NCBI GenBank assembly: GCA_035549295.1
Contig: DASZRG010000021.1
Span: 2,596 to 66,595, forward strand
From: Patescibacteria group bacterium
GTDB taxonomy: Bacteria; Patescibacteriota; Microgenomatia; Levybacterales; GWA1-39-11
DNA: 64,000 bases
Reading direction: 5' to 3'
Each line of letters opens with the position of its first letter. Positions within the stretch are counted from its first letter, which is position 1. Shown piece by piece: positions 1 to 9,721 of the stretch. The notes under the pieces are model-generated. The model was given only the letters and a program-made list of their open reading frames with translations, had not been told where the DNA came from and made no database searches. A program made the position numbers and the translations under genes.

Positions 1-403
1 GCTCCGTATAGTTGAGTCTTTCTATGAATACATGAAGCAGATCTACCATATATTCGGGGTTTTTGTTGAGCGCTTCAAAGTAGTCTTTTTCAGAAATTGT
101 GACTATTTCGACATCCGTTATTGCCTCTGCTGTATGCTTGAGTTGTTTATCCTCATTTGTAAGTGCGCGCACGGCAAGGATACTGCCAGGGCCATATAGA
201 TAAATGATAGTGCTTCGTCCTTCGGGTGACATGCGGTACATTTTGACGAAACCTTTTTTAATAAAGTATATTTTCCGAGGTTCGTCCCCTTCGTAGAAGA
301 CCGTTTTGCCGCTTTTGACGAGGATTGGTTGTTTGCCACCGGAGTATTTTTTAAAAAAAGAAGTAAAATCCGGCGGCAGCCAAATTTTGTCAAGTCTGCT
401 CAT
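1..403 (-). CDS. Crp/Fnr-family cyclic-nucleotide-binding regulator (partial; runs off window start)
   Basis: Manual minus-strand translation from the ATG at 401-403 gives MSRLDKIWLPPDFTSFFKKYSGGKQPILVKSGKTVFYEGDEPRKIYFIKKGFVKMYRMSPEGRSTIIYLYGPGSILAV..., a typical cNMP-binding beta-roll. This frame differs from track ORF 118..393, and the gene is not listed because it is open at the window edge. Confidence 0.6.
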   Translation of the reverse strand, partial: MSRLDKIWLPPDFTSFFKKYSGGKQPILVKSGKTVFYEGDEPRKIYFIKKGFVKMYRMSPEGRSTIIYLYGPGSILAVRALTNEDKQLKHTAEAITDVEIVTISEKDYFEALNKNPEYMVDLLHVFIERLNYTE

Positions 404-469
404 GAAAAGGTCAGATATTGGTAGCATTATCGGCGATTATAACACAAAACGTATGTAGTCAAGATTACA

Positions 470-590
470 AAGCAAAAATAGATATTAGATACTAGAGATT
501 AGATATTAGTAATTGTTGACGGGATGTTAATTTTGAATTTGCGTGAATTCTAATGTCTAGTATCTAGTTTCTAGTATCTCTCTTGGGGTG
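470..590. repeat. Inverted heptamer-repeat element, family A (A[CT]TAGAT units; arms gatattagatactagagattagatattag / ctaatgtctagtatctagtttctagtatc around a ~45 bp spacer)
   Basis: Directly visible tandem 7-mers forming a long imperfect palindrome. The same family recurs at 13205, 18262/18645, 19322, 20040, 50400 and 54600. Confidence 0.8.
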
Positions 591-1757
591 GGATTGTTCA
601 GCATTCGTAAATGTATCATAATTGTAATTGTTGTCGTGAAATTAAGAAAGAAATTGTCATCATATTTTAATCCTCAAAATCTGAAAAGGATTTTCTACAT
701 TTTGATTATAGGTGTTCTTCTTTTTGTTATTTGGTATTTTTTTAACTTAAGTCAATCTGAAAAACAAGTAAAAAATTATGCAAAAAATATTTACAGCAGT
801 TGCCTTGGAAACAAGGATGTAGCGGAGTGCTATGACGACGCATTTTATTCATTTAACAAAAAGCACGTGTTCAGTCTTACTATAAAAGTTCTTGCGGCTT
901 TGCAGGATATAGATAAGAGGGCACTTGGATGTCATCAGATTTCTCACGAAATTGCAGAGGCAGAAGTTGCAAAAGATCCGGTCAATTGGGAAAGAGTTAT
1001 TAAGAAAATCGATTTCTATGCATGTAATGGTGGATATTTGCATGGAATTTTTGAAGGTCATGCACTCGCAGATCCAAAATTTGTAATAAATCACAATTCA
1101 GTCGCGGATTTATGTAGTCAATTTATAAAAGATCAATATCAGGTTAATAATTGCGTTCACGGGATGGGGCATCTCATGCTCGTGCAATATAAAGGAGATC
1201 TTAAATCTGCAGTTTCAGAATGCTCCAAGCTAAGTTCAGGTTGGCGTTATCATTGCTACAGTGGGATTTTTATGGAGAATATGGTGCGAGGATTTTTGGA
1301 GGATCATGGTATTGCAGCGCCATTTCCTTGGACGGCTCAAAATGCTCTCAAGCTTGAGCAAGCATGCAATTCGTTTTCTGGTCTCCCTCAAAGAGCATGC
1401 TGGACAATGATGTCAATAATATATGTATATTTGAATTATGATAATCCGCAAGCTGTTTATAACAACTGTCAAAAAGCACCTGCAGAGGATGATGCGGAAG
1501 ATTGTTACTTGTATGGAGTGGGGGAGATTGAAATTGTTTCAAATTATGACCGTCAGACTTTTCCTTCATTGTGTTTACTTTACAAGTCTGAAAGCACATT
1601 GGGGAAACGATGCATGTTATTTGCCGTTAATACTTTAATATATACTTCGTTCAAAAATATTAGTACGGTACTGAATATATGTTCGAATGTTCAAGATGAT
1701 GCTAAGAAAAATTGTTATCGTGATTTAGCATCAGCACTAATTGAACGTGTTTTTTAA
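588..1757 (+). CDS. Hypothetical Cys-rich membrane-anchored protein
   Basis: 389-aa ORF with an N-terminal hydrophobic segment and many Cys/His (HEIAEAE, HGMGHLM). No family recognised. The track start is a GTG inside the repeat; an internal TTG at 654 or 702 could be the true start. Confidence 0.45.
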   Translation: MGLFSIRKCIIIVIVVVKLRKKLSSYFNPQNLKRIFYILIIGVLLFVIWYFFNLSQSEKQVKNYAKNIYSSCLGNKDVAECYDDAFYSFNKKHVFSLTIKVLAALQDIDKRALGCHQISHEIAEAEVAKDPVNWERVIKKIDFYACNGGYLHGIFEGHALADPKFVINHNSVADLCSQFIKDQYQVNNCVHGMGHLMLVQYKGDLKSAVSECSKLSSGWRYHCYSGIFMENMVRGFLEDHGIAAPFPWTAQNALKLEQACNSFSGLPQRACWTMMSIIYVYLNYDNPQAVYNNCQKAPAEDDAEDCYLYGVGEIEIVSNYDRQTFPSLCLLYKSESTLGKRCMLFAVNTLIYTSFKNISTVLNICSNVQDDAKKNCYRDLASALIERVF

Positions 1758-1759
1758 GC

Positions 1760-3574
1760 TTATTTATATCTATCAGCTTGAAAGTTGAATAGTTTGGCAT
1801 ATATTCCTCTCTGTTTAATTAGTTTGTTGTGACTGCCTTCTTCGGCTATTTTTCCATTTTCAATTACATATATTTTGTCTGCATTGCGGACTGTTGAGAA
1901 GCGGTGAGATATGATGAGGACTGTCTTGTTGCGGCCCAATTTCTCGACCTTATCAAATATTTCCTTTTCTGCCTTTGCGTCAATTGATGCAGTCGGCTCA
2001 TCAAGCACAAGAACTGGTGCATCTCGCAGGAATGCACGAGCAAGGGCTACTTTTTGCCACTGTCCCACAGAAAGTTCAGCTCCTCCTTTGAAAGTCAGTC
2101 CGAGAACTTGATCATATCCGTGATCAAGTTTTTTGGCGATTTCATCTGTTCCCGAGAAGCGAGCAGCCTCTTGGATAGCCTCCAAATTTATCTCCTCGTA
2201 AATTTTGCCGAAGTGGATATTTTCAGAAAGAGTGTATTCGTATTTTATGAAGTCTTGAAAAATCACGCCAAGCATTTTGTACCAGGAAGCAAGATCGATT
2301 TCTTTTATATTGTGTCCGTTTATTAAAATTTCCCCACTTGTTACGTCATAAAAACGAGCCAGAAGTTTGATAAGCGTTGTTTTTCCTGCGCCATTTTCTC
2401 CAACAAATGCGACTTTTTCGCCAGGATTGATAGTAAGCGAAAAGTTTTTGAGAGTTGGCTTTTTGCTATTTGCGTAAATAAATGTAACGTCTCTAAATTC
2501 GATTTTTGGTGGATTTTTCGGGTCTATTTTTATTGGGTTTTTAATCTCTATTGTTTTATTTTCAAGATCGAGAACTCTGAAAATATCCCGAACGTATAGA
2601 CTTTGATCATAATTTCTGCTTACGTTTCCAAATAGGGCGCTAATCCCTCCTTGAAAGTTAAAAACAACAAATGTGTAATAGGAGAGGCTTCCGAGTGTAA
2701 TCTTGCTCATGATGGTTTGAAGTGCTATGTAACCTTCGATTGCTATGTAAAAAATTGATCCGAGAGAATTGAGAAGTAGTGATGTTCCAAGTCGTTTTTT
2801 TCCGACATCGAGATTTTTTTGGGCAAAATTTCTTTGTATATCTAAGATTTCATCCAAAAATTTGTTAGACGTTCCAAATATTCTCATCTCCTTAATCCCT
2901 TCTCTGTGTTGAATAAGCTCTGATAAGTACCAGAATTTCTTCCTAAGCGGTGAATTCTTAGACCAGATTTTCCATAGAATTTTTGAATAATAAAGTTGAT
3001 TTATGAATGCAGGAATTGCCGCGATTATTATAAATAATGCGAGTGGAGCGCTGAGAGTTGCAAGCGCGATAAAGGAGATGACTATTTGTATGATGCTTCC
3101 TATTGAGCTAAATATGGTCGCGTAGAGATTGAGCGGCATCCATACGTATCCTTCGCGAACTTTTTGAAGCATGTCTCGAAATTTATCGTTCTCAAAATAT
3201 TCAATATCAAGAGTTGTCAGCTTTGAGAGAACTACTTGATATAAATTAACGGGAATTTGTACCCAGGTAATAAGATCCATGTAAGTTTGAAGTGAAGACG
3301 CTAGATTGCCGGCAATTAGAGTTAGAAGACGAAGCGCGAGTAGAGTATAAAGGTGTGCAAAATTAAATGGCTTGCCAATTGAGTGGACGATAAGATCAAG
3401 AATGAGCGCATAGATATAAGCATTTATAAATGGTATTACTATCGGAATTGTTGTTGCTATGAGCTGACCAATAACAATTTTTTTGTCAAATTTCCAGATG
3501 AGTGCAAGGAGTCTCCTTGAGGTATAAATAGTCTCTCTCGTCTCAGCTAGTTTGTCCGCAAACATCTTTCTCAC
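1760..3574 (-). CDS. ABC transporter, fused permease/ATP-binding subunit (MsbA-like exporter)
   Basis: N-terminal 6-TM domain, Walker A GENGAGKTTL, signature LSVGQWQKVALARAF and Walker B VLVLDEPTASID. Confidence 0.85.
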   Translation of the reverse strand: MRKMFADKLAETRETIYTSRRLLALIWKFDKKIVIGQLIATTIPIVIPFINAYIYALILDLIVHSIGKPFNFAHLYTLLALRLLTLIAGNLASSLQTYMDLITWVQIPVNLYQVVLSKLTTLDIEYFENDKFRDMLQKVREGYVWMPLNLYATIFSSIGSIIQIVISFIALATLSAPLALFIIIAAIPAFINQLYYSKILWKIWSKNSPLRKKFWYLSELIQHREGIKEMRIFGTSNKFLDEILDIQRNFAQKNLDVGKKRLGTSLLLNSLGSIFYIAIEGYIALQTIMSKITLGSLSYYTFVVFNFQGGISALFGNVSRNYDQSLYVRDIFRVLDLENKTIEIKNPIKIDPKNPPKIEFRDVTFIYANSKKPTLKNFSLTINPGEKVAFVGENGAGKTTLIKLLARFYDVTSGEILINGHNIKEIDLASWYKMLGVIFQDFIKYEYTLSENIHFGKIYEEINLEAIQEAARFSGTDEIAKKLDHGYDQVLGLTFKGGAELSVGQWQKVALARAFLRDAPVLVLDEPTASIDAKAEKEIFDKVEKLGRNKTVLIISHRFSTVRNADKIYVIENGKIAEEGSHNKLIKQRGIYAKLFNFQADRYK

Positions 3575-3798
3575 AGAAACAATTATAACGAATACTGTCG
3601 AATGAATCCGAATTAGTTAGATTATGGGGTAGGAAATTGAACTAAGCGCCAAAAGCTAAAAGCCGAATGCAAAATTGGTGGTGTTCTTTGTTTTTTGTTA
3701 TACGCGGTTGCGTACGACCGAGCCTAATGCTCGAAGAAGGTAAGAACACCAGAAACCTTCTGTAGTTGCAGAAAAGCGTGCCGAGATGGCGATTTGAG

Positions 3799-4347
3799 CT
3801 ATGTAGCCGCTGTGCACTGGCCCATGCGAATGGTGCTGCCGTTTGGCGATTGACCAATCACAGATAGACCACCTAGACCGTTGTCACTTAACGACAGCGT
3901 GATATTCCCAACCGTGACGCTCGTCTTGTTGCTGTTGACGACAGCCTGAAGCTTGACCGGCGCGCCGTTAAAGAAGTAGAAAGCGGCCGTGGGGTCGCTA
4001 ATCGACTTGACGATCAAGATCCCAGTGGGCCCGGTTCCGTCGTCGGTTTTGCCTGGGGCAGCCCAGTGGCCGGTCCAGCCGCCAAGAAACTTGGCCTGGT
4101 CAGGGCTAATGCCATATCCAGCGGGTGTACCCGTGCTCATTTCGGGTGTGATAAGACCTTCCGAGATGAGCTCGTTGATCGGACCGCAGGTGTCGCTTGT
4201 GACACCGTCGGTCAAAACGTGGGCGCTCGACGTGAGCTGAATCGTCTGTGACTCGGCGTGCGCTGTGGGCGCCTGCTGAGAGATCATGGCGCCTGCAAAC
4301 AGCAAGGCTGTAATCACAAATAATCCTAAAAGAGTAGTACGAAACAT
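3799..4347 (-). CDS. Secreted small beta-rich protein, paralog family 'GxWxGxW' (lipocalin-like?), high-GC gene
   Basis: Signal peptide MFRTTLLGLFVITALLFAGAMISQQAPTAHA. ATG at 4347 is preceded by GGAGG. Motif KFLGGWTGHW is shared with ORFs 9722..10297 and 14405..14938. GC is clearly higher than in the neighbours. The track ORF extends upstream to 4398. Confidence 0.55.
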   Translation of the reverse strand: MFRTTLLGLFVITALLFAGAMISQQAPTAHAESQTIQLTSSAHVLTDGVTSDTCGPINELISEGLITPEMSTGTPAGYGISPDQAKFLGGWTGHWAAPGKTDDGTGPTGILIVKSISDPTAAFYFFNGAPVKLQAVVNSNKTSVTVGNITLSLSDNGLGGLSVIGQSPNGSTIRMGQCTAAT

Positions 4348-4645
4348 GGTTGCCTCCAATGCTAAATCGCCCGTGCGAGACCTACCGTTTGTGCTCAAAT
4401 CTGCCTTTCTGCTAATTTAAAATGTGCTGACTTATGGCGAAAAAGTACATGCTTGTCCATCGAATCGACGGACGCACTATCCCTCCGAAAGTCACATAAA
4501 GTGTAGCATATTTGAGGTGTCGTGTCAAATACTATAGGACCATAAATATAACAATTTTGAGGCTAATTGTAAGAAGAATATTGGACAAAAATTCTTAAGT
4601 ATTTGCGCTATTGTAATAGGCGGGATAGTGATCTAATATATTGAC

Positions 4646-5947
4646 GTGGCAACAACAAGCAGAAGAAGTTTTCTTGAAATTATTCTCTCTATTTTATTCG
4701 CCTTAGTGGTCTTGTATGTAGCGGTTTATACATTTTTCTATAAGGTAAATACATCGAAGAGTAGTAGTTTTGGCACGTCTCCTATAATTGACGCAAGCAG
4801 TGTATATAACGGTTATCTTTTGATATCTCCATACAACAGACTTCTTGCTCAAAAACCAGAATGGAAGGGGAGCGTCTATCTTCTTGATATGAATGGTAAG
4901 CCAGTACACACGTGGAGTACCAATATGCAAGTTTTGTATTCACTTCTTGAGCCAGATGGCAAACTGCTTTCCGTTGCTGAACAGGCACGATACTCAAAAC
5001 TTTATCCGCCAGGTGGCAATACCGGCACTATCCAAGAACGCGATTGGAATTCGAATATCACGTGGGAGTACAAAAATGATGCAATGCATCATGACATAGC
5101 ACCGCTTCCAAATGGTAATCTGGCAGTAGCACTGTGGGAGCCAACACCACCTGATATTGCCACTCAGGTTGAGGGTGGAGTGAAAGGCACCGAATTGCCT
5201 GGCGGGCTTATCTGGTCTGACAAAATTATTGAAATTAATCGAGACAAAAAAATTGTTTGGTCTTGGGATGCCTGGCAGCATCTAGATCCAACGATAGACG
5301 TAATAGGGCCAGTTCTTCCTCGGTATGCTTGGACCTATACAAATGGCCTCAAATATATGGCCAAAAATCCTATTGACGGAACGCCCGCATATCTTGTCAG
5401 TATGAGGTCGCTAAGTGAAGTTTTAATCGTTCGAAAGTCAGATGGCGAGATAATATGGCGTTCACCAAAAGATCTTTTTAATCTGCAGCATGACCCAACT
5501 TATCTTGATAATGGGGATATTATGGTTTTTGACAATGGTCTAGATCGTATCCCTGCGCCATTTGCTGTTTATGGCTCGCGAGCAATAGAGATAAATCCAA
5601 AGACAAGCAAAGTTGTTTGGACACTAGATGGTGGAGCAGGGGCAATTGATAAGGTTCGTCTTTTTGCCGCAATAGTTGGCGGGGCACAGAGACTGCCAAA
5701 TGGTAATACATTGATAACTGATGGTCCCAAGGGTCACATATTTGAAGTGACGCCCGGCGGAAAGTTAGTGTGGGATATGATAAGCCCGTACAACACAGAG
5801 CAAACTGGACTTTTCCCAAACAATTTTTTGTTTAAAGCCCGAATTTATGGAGAAAACGAGATAAAGTGGCCTGCGAAAATTGCCCCAGCATTTGATAGTG
5901 TTGCGTTTAATCTCCACAACCTTTTATCAAAGATTTACCCAAACTAA
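4646..5947 (+). CDS. Arylsulfotransferase (ASST)-like beta-propeller protein with Tat-like/TM N-terminus
   Basis: N-terminus TSRRSFLEIILSILFALVVL resembles a twin-arginine motif followed by a TM helix. Repeated blades of the form W-x-(hydrophobic)...NGN/DNG (WEYKNDAMHHDIAPLPNGNLAV, IVWSWDAWQHLD, IIWRSP...DNGDIMVFDNG, VVWTLDGG...PNGNTLITDG) fit the ASST/PQQ-like propeller pattern. GTG start. Confidence 0.45.
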   Translation: MATTSRRSFLEIILSILFALVVLYVAVYTFFYKVNTSKSSSFGTSPIIDASSVYNGYLLISPYNRLLAQKPEWKGSVYLLDMNGKPVHTWSTNMQVLYSLLEPDGKLLSVAEQARYSKLYPPGGNTGTIQERDWNSNITWEYKNDAMHHDIAPLPNGNLAVALWEPTPPDIATQVEGGVKGTELPGGLIWSDKIIEINRDKKIVWSWDAWQHLDPTIDVIGPVLPRYAWTYTNGLKYMAKNPIDGTPAYLVSMRSLSEVLIVRKSDGEIIWRSPKDLFNLQHDPTYLDNGDIMVFDNGLDRIPAPFAVYGSRAIEINPKTSKVVWTLDGGAGAIDKVRLFAAIVGGAQRLPNGNTLITDGPKGHIFEVTPGGKLVWDMISPYNTEQTGLFPNNFLFKARIYGENEIKWPAKIAPAFDSVAFNLHNLLSKIYPN

Positions 5948-6046
5948 TAGGATTCCAGTGAATCAGTAAAGCAGTCCAGCGGTTTAACAATAAAACAATA
6001 TTTCAATAAAGCAGTAAACAACCTTTGTTATTGCATTGTAATAAGG

Positions 6047-7345
6047 TTGTTTACATTTACTTTGCTTGATAATAATATAGACAGAATTATGACGGCGATG
6101 CAGATAGGCGAATTGATAGAAAATTTAGATCAGATAAAACTTGCACCTGAAATATATAAATACGATTCTTTTAACGATGAACCTCACTTTTACGGTTACA
6201 AGACGTACCTGGCACTTTCTAAAAAAATGACAGACGGCATTATGCAGCGCGGTATAGCTGGCGTGGGTACTTCTTTTCTCTCACCAGAAGATGCGCTTTC
6301 AAAGTCAATTTACGAGGCAATGGAGAGGCTTAATAATTTTACATATAAAAAAGCCGACCTAAAATATAGTTCATACGATAAAAATCAAGACAAATTCATA
6401 GACCCAGTTGCCTTTTTGTGTGATGTGAGCACTCGAGAGAAAAGACTAGGCTGGGTTGAAGGGGTAGAGTTGCTATCTGGAAAAAAGAAGTTTTTCCCCG
6501 CTCAGCTAACATATCTAAATTATACACTGCAAAAGAACGAGACATACCTTTCTTACCCTCATAACAGCAATGGCTCAGCAGGCGGCTCAACTCCCACGCA
6601 GGCAACTCTGCATGGCATCTATGAGCTAGTCGAGCGTGACTGTTTGATCACAGCATATTTGAATAAGATTTCGCTTCCAAGAGTTGATCTTGTATCTCTT
6701 CACGACAAGAAAATTGATGAAATTATGCTGCTTTGTCAAAAATACAGATTGGATTTTTTTGTGTTGGATATGACCAATGATTTAGGTATTCCATCATACA
6801 TTTCTTTCATGAATGACCATTTTGGTGGTCCGCCGATTGCCTTTGGGTGTAAGTCAAGTCTTCGTAGTCGAGATGCGATTTTTGGTGCAATTCTTGAGTC
6901 TCTCATGATAAGGATGTCTATAAAGCGCATGATTCGTGAGGGGACAATTTTTGGCGAACACGCCAAAAGTGGCGATTTGTTTGCCGATCGCGCGCGATAC
7001 TGGTTGTTTCCTGGAATGGCAAGTAAGCTTGATTTTTGGACGAAGAATTCAGGCTTTGCTAAAAGCCGCGATAATTTCAAAGGAAATCTGGATCATGAGC
7101 TTGAAGAAGTTGCCAGAAGACTCACAAGTCGCGGATTTAATATCTATGTTGTTGATTGCACAATCCCCGAATTTCGCAAATTAAATTTTTTTGTTCACAA
7201 AACTTTTATACCTGGTACTCAGACGCTTTACTTGCTTGAAAGTGAGAGGAGCTCGGCTATGGACTTAGGTCGCCTGAAGCAAGTTGCAAGCTTTTTTGGT
7301 AAAAAGTTTGTTAAGCCGAATAGTGTACCGCACCCCTTCTTATGA
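6047..7345 (+). CDS. YcaO-domain cyclodehydratase (TOMM/LAP 'D' protein)
   Basis: SNGSAGGSTPTQATLHGIYELVERD matches the YcaO signature (E. coli YcaO SNGLASGNT..AILHGL.EVIERD). ~430 aa and not fused to an E1-like C domain. Track start is TTG; ATG at 6086/6095 is a possible true start. Confidence 0.8.
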   Translation: MFTFTLLDNNIDRIMTAMQIGELIENLDQIKLAPEIYKYDSFNDEPHFYGYKTYLALSKKMTDGIMQRGIAGVGTSFLSPEDALSKSIYEAMERLNNFTYKKADLKYSSYDKNQDKFIDPVAFLCDVSTREKRLGWVEGVELLSGKKKFFPAQLTYLNYTLQKNETYLSYPHNSNGSAGGSTPTQATLHGIYELVERDCLITAYLNKISLPRVDLVSLHDKKIDEIMLLCQKYRLDFFVLDMTNDLGIPSYISFMNDHFGGPPIAFGCKSSLRSRDAIFGAILESLMIRMSIKRMIREGTIFGEHAKSGDLFADRARYWLFPGMASKLDFWTKNSGFAKSRDNFKGNLDHELEEVARRLTSRGFNIYVVDCTIPEFRKLNFFVHKTFIPGTQTLYLLESERSSAMDLGRLKQVASFFGKKFVKPNSVPHPFL

Positions 7346-8166
7346 AAAGTATCAAAAGTACCAAAGGTATCAAAGGTATCAAAAGTCGGCAGACGCTGAG
7401 ATTGGAGCAGATTTTGGGAAAGCCTATTTTTGAATTTCAAAAGTTTCATCAAATAACGAAAATTAAAAAACTCGGGCTACCAATAACAGTTAAATCTCTG
7501 GAAGAGGAGTCCAAGTATTATCCTGATGAGTGGAAAACTGTCTTTTTCAAAGGTTACTCACGATTTGAGGAGGTAAAATTACCAAAACCACAACTCAAGA
7601 ATTCAGTATCTTTAAAAAAAGTTTTGTTTGAACGACGTTCACGTCGCGAATTTTCAAAAAATCCATTATCCCGGAAGGATTTAAGTACGCTTTTTTATTA
7701 TAGTGTGGGAGTGAAGTCACCGGATTCAGGTCTGATAAGTAGATTCTATCCATCTGGGGGTGGACGGTTTCCTCTTGAAATATATTTTCTTCCTGTAAAT
7801 TCTGAATTACCGAAATTTTTTTATCACTATTATGTCAAAAATAATAGTCTTGAGAAAATGTTTGAGTTCAAAAAGCGCGATATGCAAAAGATAACTAACA
7901 TTGATTGGGTAAAAAATGCAGGAGGAATAATATTTATTACGGCAGTTTTTAATCGCACTACAATCAAATATGGTGAGCGTGGTTATCGACATGTTATGAC
8001 AGAAGTTGGCTTTGTTACGCAGAATTTCTGTCTCCTTGCATCGGCTCTCAACTTAGCTATTTGTCCGATAGGCGCATACGCAGATGACACTATTAACAAG
8101 TTTTTGGAACTTGACCCACTCTTGGAATCGGTTGTTGGAGTTTTAGTAGTTGGGAAAAATCGGTAG
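7342..8166 (+). CDS. SagB-type (nitroreductase-fold) azoline dehydrogenase (TOMM 'B' protein)
   Basis: RRSRREF motif and RFYPSGGGRFPLEIYF (SagB/McbC family R..PSxG..YP.E.Y). ATGA overlap with the YcaO stop. Confidence 0.8.
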   Translation: MKSIKSTKGIKGIKSRQTLRLEQILGKPIFEFQKFHQITKIKKLGLPITVKSLEEESKYYPDEWKTVFFKGYSRFEEVKLPKPQLKNSVSLKKVLFERRSRREFSKNPLSRKDLSTLFYYSVGVKSPDSGLISRFYPSGGGRFPLEIYFLPVNSELPKFFYHYYVKNNSLEKMFEFKKRDMQKITNIDWVKNAGGIIFITAVFNRTTIKYGERGYRHVMTEVGFVTQNFCLLASALNLAICPIGAYADDTINKFLELDPLLESVVGVLVVGKNR

Positions 8167-8207
8167 GATTTGACAGCTTGGTCGCAGGACTCTAAACTGT
8201 AATTGTA

Positions 8208-8708
8208 ATGGACAAGATTTTAAAAATTAGCATAGTGGTTTTGATCGCGTGTCTTGCGTTTGAAGTATATTATTTATATATCTATAAAACAGATAGCGGC
8301 ACTCGCTACGCTACACAGAAGCCTTCTATTAAAAAGCCCCAAAGTAATTCTGCGGTTAGTACGGGAATCACGAATTATATTGCAAGCTTCGATAAGAATA
8401 TTCTTAAAAAATCGGAAATATCAAATGAGATTGAGGGGAAAATCGCCAAGGTACTCGATGCTCCTGGTGTGATGAATCAATTCCAATATGAAAAGGGGCT
8501 GGCGATCGCGCGTTCCAATGGCCAGAGTGTAGTCAACTACTATTTTTTGAGAAAATCAGACATCCCTAAGCTGAAGGTGGTTCAGAATGGGCAAAATATT
8601 CAATTTTCAGATCTAAAAATAGGTGATACAATAAAAATCGAAGAAACAATGGATCTGCTTGCAGCACCAGGTAGTAATCGCGAGTCTGTTGAAATAGATA
8701 AATTATGA
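8208..8708 (+). CDS. N-terminally membrane-anchored hypothetical protein (cluster-associated)
   Basis: 166 aa with a single N-terminal TM helix. Its last 20 codons are part of the 410-bp duplicated unit that also contains precursor 1. Confidence 0.5.
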   Translation: MDKILKISIVVLIACLAFEVYYLYIYKTDSGTRYATQKPSIKKPQSNSAVSTGITNYIASFDKNILKKSEISNEIEGKIAKVLDAPGVMNQFQYEKGLAIARSNGQSVVNYYFLRKSDIPKLKVVQNGQNIQFSDLKIGDTIKIEETMDLLAAPGSNRESVEIDKL

Positions 8709-9034
8709 AGTACCAAAAACCAAAAATTATAAGTAAGAGAGTAAAGCTCAATATGTTTATATCCGATCGTTCCCGAAATTCACTTGCCTTCAATTTAGTT
8801 GGTCCAGTGTTTGCCCAAAGTACCGGAGGGGGCGGAGGAGTTGGTGGTGGCGGTGCGTCTTGTACCGGTGCAGCAGATAGTGGGTGCGGATTTTGTAATT
8901 GCGCTACCGCTTTTGGCTGTGGCGAGGGAGGTCAGGGAAGTGGCATTCATGGTGGTTGTGATGGCTCAGGCTGTGGGGGTGCTCCCACTTGTGATGGAAG
9001 TAATACTTGCGGTAGTGCGGGTGCACCTTCCTAA
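8705..9034 (+). CDS. RiPP precursor peptide 1 (microcin B17/LAP-like; 38-aa leader + Gly/Cys/Ser/Thr-rich core)
   Basis: MKYQKPKIISKRVKLNMFISDRSRNSLAFNLVGPVFAQ followed by STGGGGGVGGGGASCTGAADSGCGFCNCATAFGCGEGG...CGSAGAPS. 12 Cys in a Gly-rich core, adjacent to YcaO/SagB. Confidence 0.7.
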   Translation: MKYQKPKIISKRVKLNMFISDRSRNSLAFNLVGPVFAQSTGGGGGVGGGGASCTGAADSGCGFCNCATAFGCGEGGQGSGIHGGCDGSGCGGAPTCDGSNTCGSAGAPS

Positions 9035-9115
9035 ATTTACTCATAGCGTACTCGTTTCCATGGATCTGCTTGCAGCACCAGGTAGTAATCGCGAGTCTGT
9101 CGAGATAGATAAATT

Positions 9116-9454
9116 ATGAAGTATCAAAAACCAAAAATTATAAGTAAGAGAGTAAAGCTGAATATGTTCATATCCGATCGCTCACGCGACTCACTTGCCT
9201 TCAATTTAGTTGGTCCAGTATTTGCGCAGAGTGCTGGCGGCGGCGGTGGTGGAGGCGGCGGAACCACTGGATCTTGCACCGGGGCTGCTGCTGGTGGGTG
9301 CGGATTTTGTAATTGTGCAACTGCCTTTGGTTGCGGACCAGGAGGCTCAGGAAGTGGTGTTCACGGTGGTTGTCAGGGATCAACCTGTGGTGGTGCCCCC
9401 ACTTGTGATGGAAGTACTACTTGCGGTACATGTTTGGGCGGTCCCGGAAGCTAA
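9116..9454 (+). CDS. RiPP precursor peptide 2 (tandem paralog of precursor 1)
   Basis: Near-identical leader and a diverged Gly/Cys-rich core (13 Cys), part of a 410-bp tandem duplication. Confidence 0.7.
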   Translation: MKYQKPKIISKRVKLNMFISDRSRDSLAFNLVGPVFAQSAGGGGGGGGGTTGSCTGAAAGGCGFCNCATAFGCGPGGSGSGVHGGCQGSTCGGAPTCDGSTTCGTCLGGPGS

Positions 9455-9721
9455 TTTGCTTTCTAAATTCGCGATTTGAGATCATTATCTCCCGATCTTT
9501 TTTTTGCAAGACTTCGAGGCTAAATAGCCTCAATATTCATCTTATAGTAATTGACTTCTATTGCATCTGGGTGTATAATTAGGGGGGCTGATTTTCAGCC
9601 AACTGGTTAAGCAAATCTTTAAAGGCGGACTATCAGAGCACTTTAAATTACTGATCGAAGGAAAGGGTTTCTAGGGCAATTAACTGGCGGGTTTACATAA
9701 TCGTACCTAGGGGGTATTTTC

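Larger units (their letters stand above)
8645..9464 (+). repeat. Tandem duplication (2 x ~410 bp) encompassing 3' end of ORF 8208..8708 plus precursor gene
   Basis: 8645-8720 and 9055-9130 are near-identical (..atggatctgcttgcagcaccaggtagtaatcgcgagtctgt.gagatagataaattatgaagta.caaaaaccaaaaattataagtaagagagtaaagct.aatatgtt.atatccgatcg...). Confidence 0.85.

Noticed and set aside
118-393. Track ORF (91 aa, minus strand) at the window start
   Set aside because: A different minus-strand frame gives a clean Crp-type cNMP-binding domain running off the window edge. The track ORF is a shadow frame.
7342-8166. Reverse-transcriptase YADD motif (IGAYADDTINKF) in the SagB-type protein
   Set aside because: The surrounding sequence matches the SagB/nitroreductase fold, not RT domains 1-7. 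This is a coincidental tetrapeptide.
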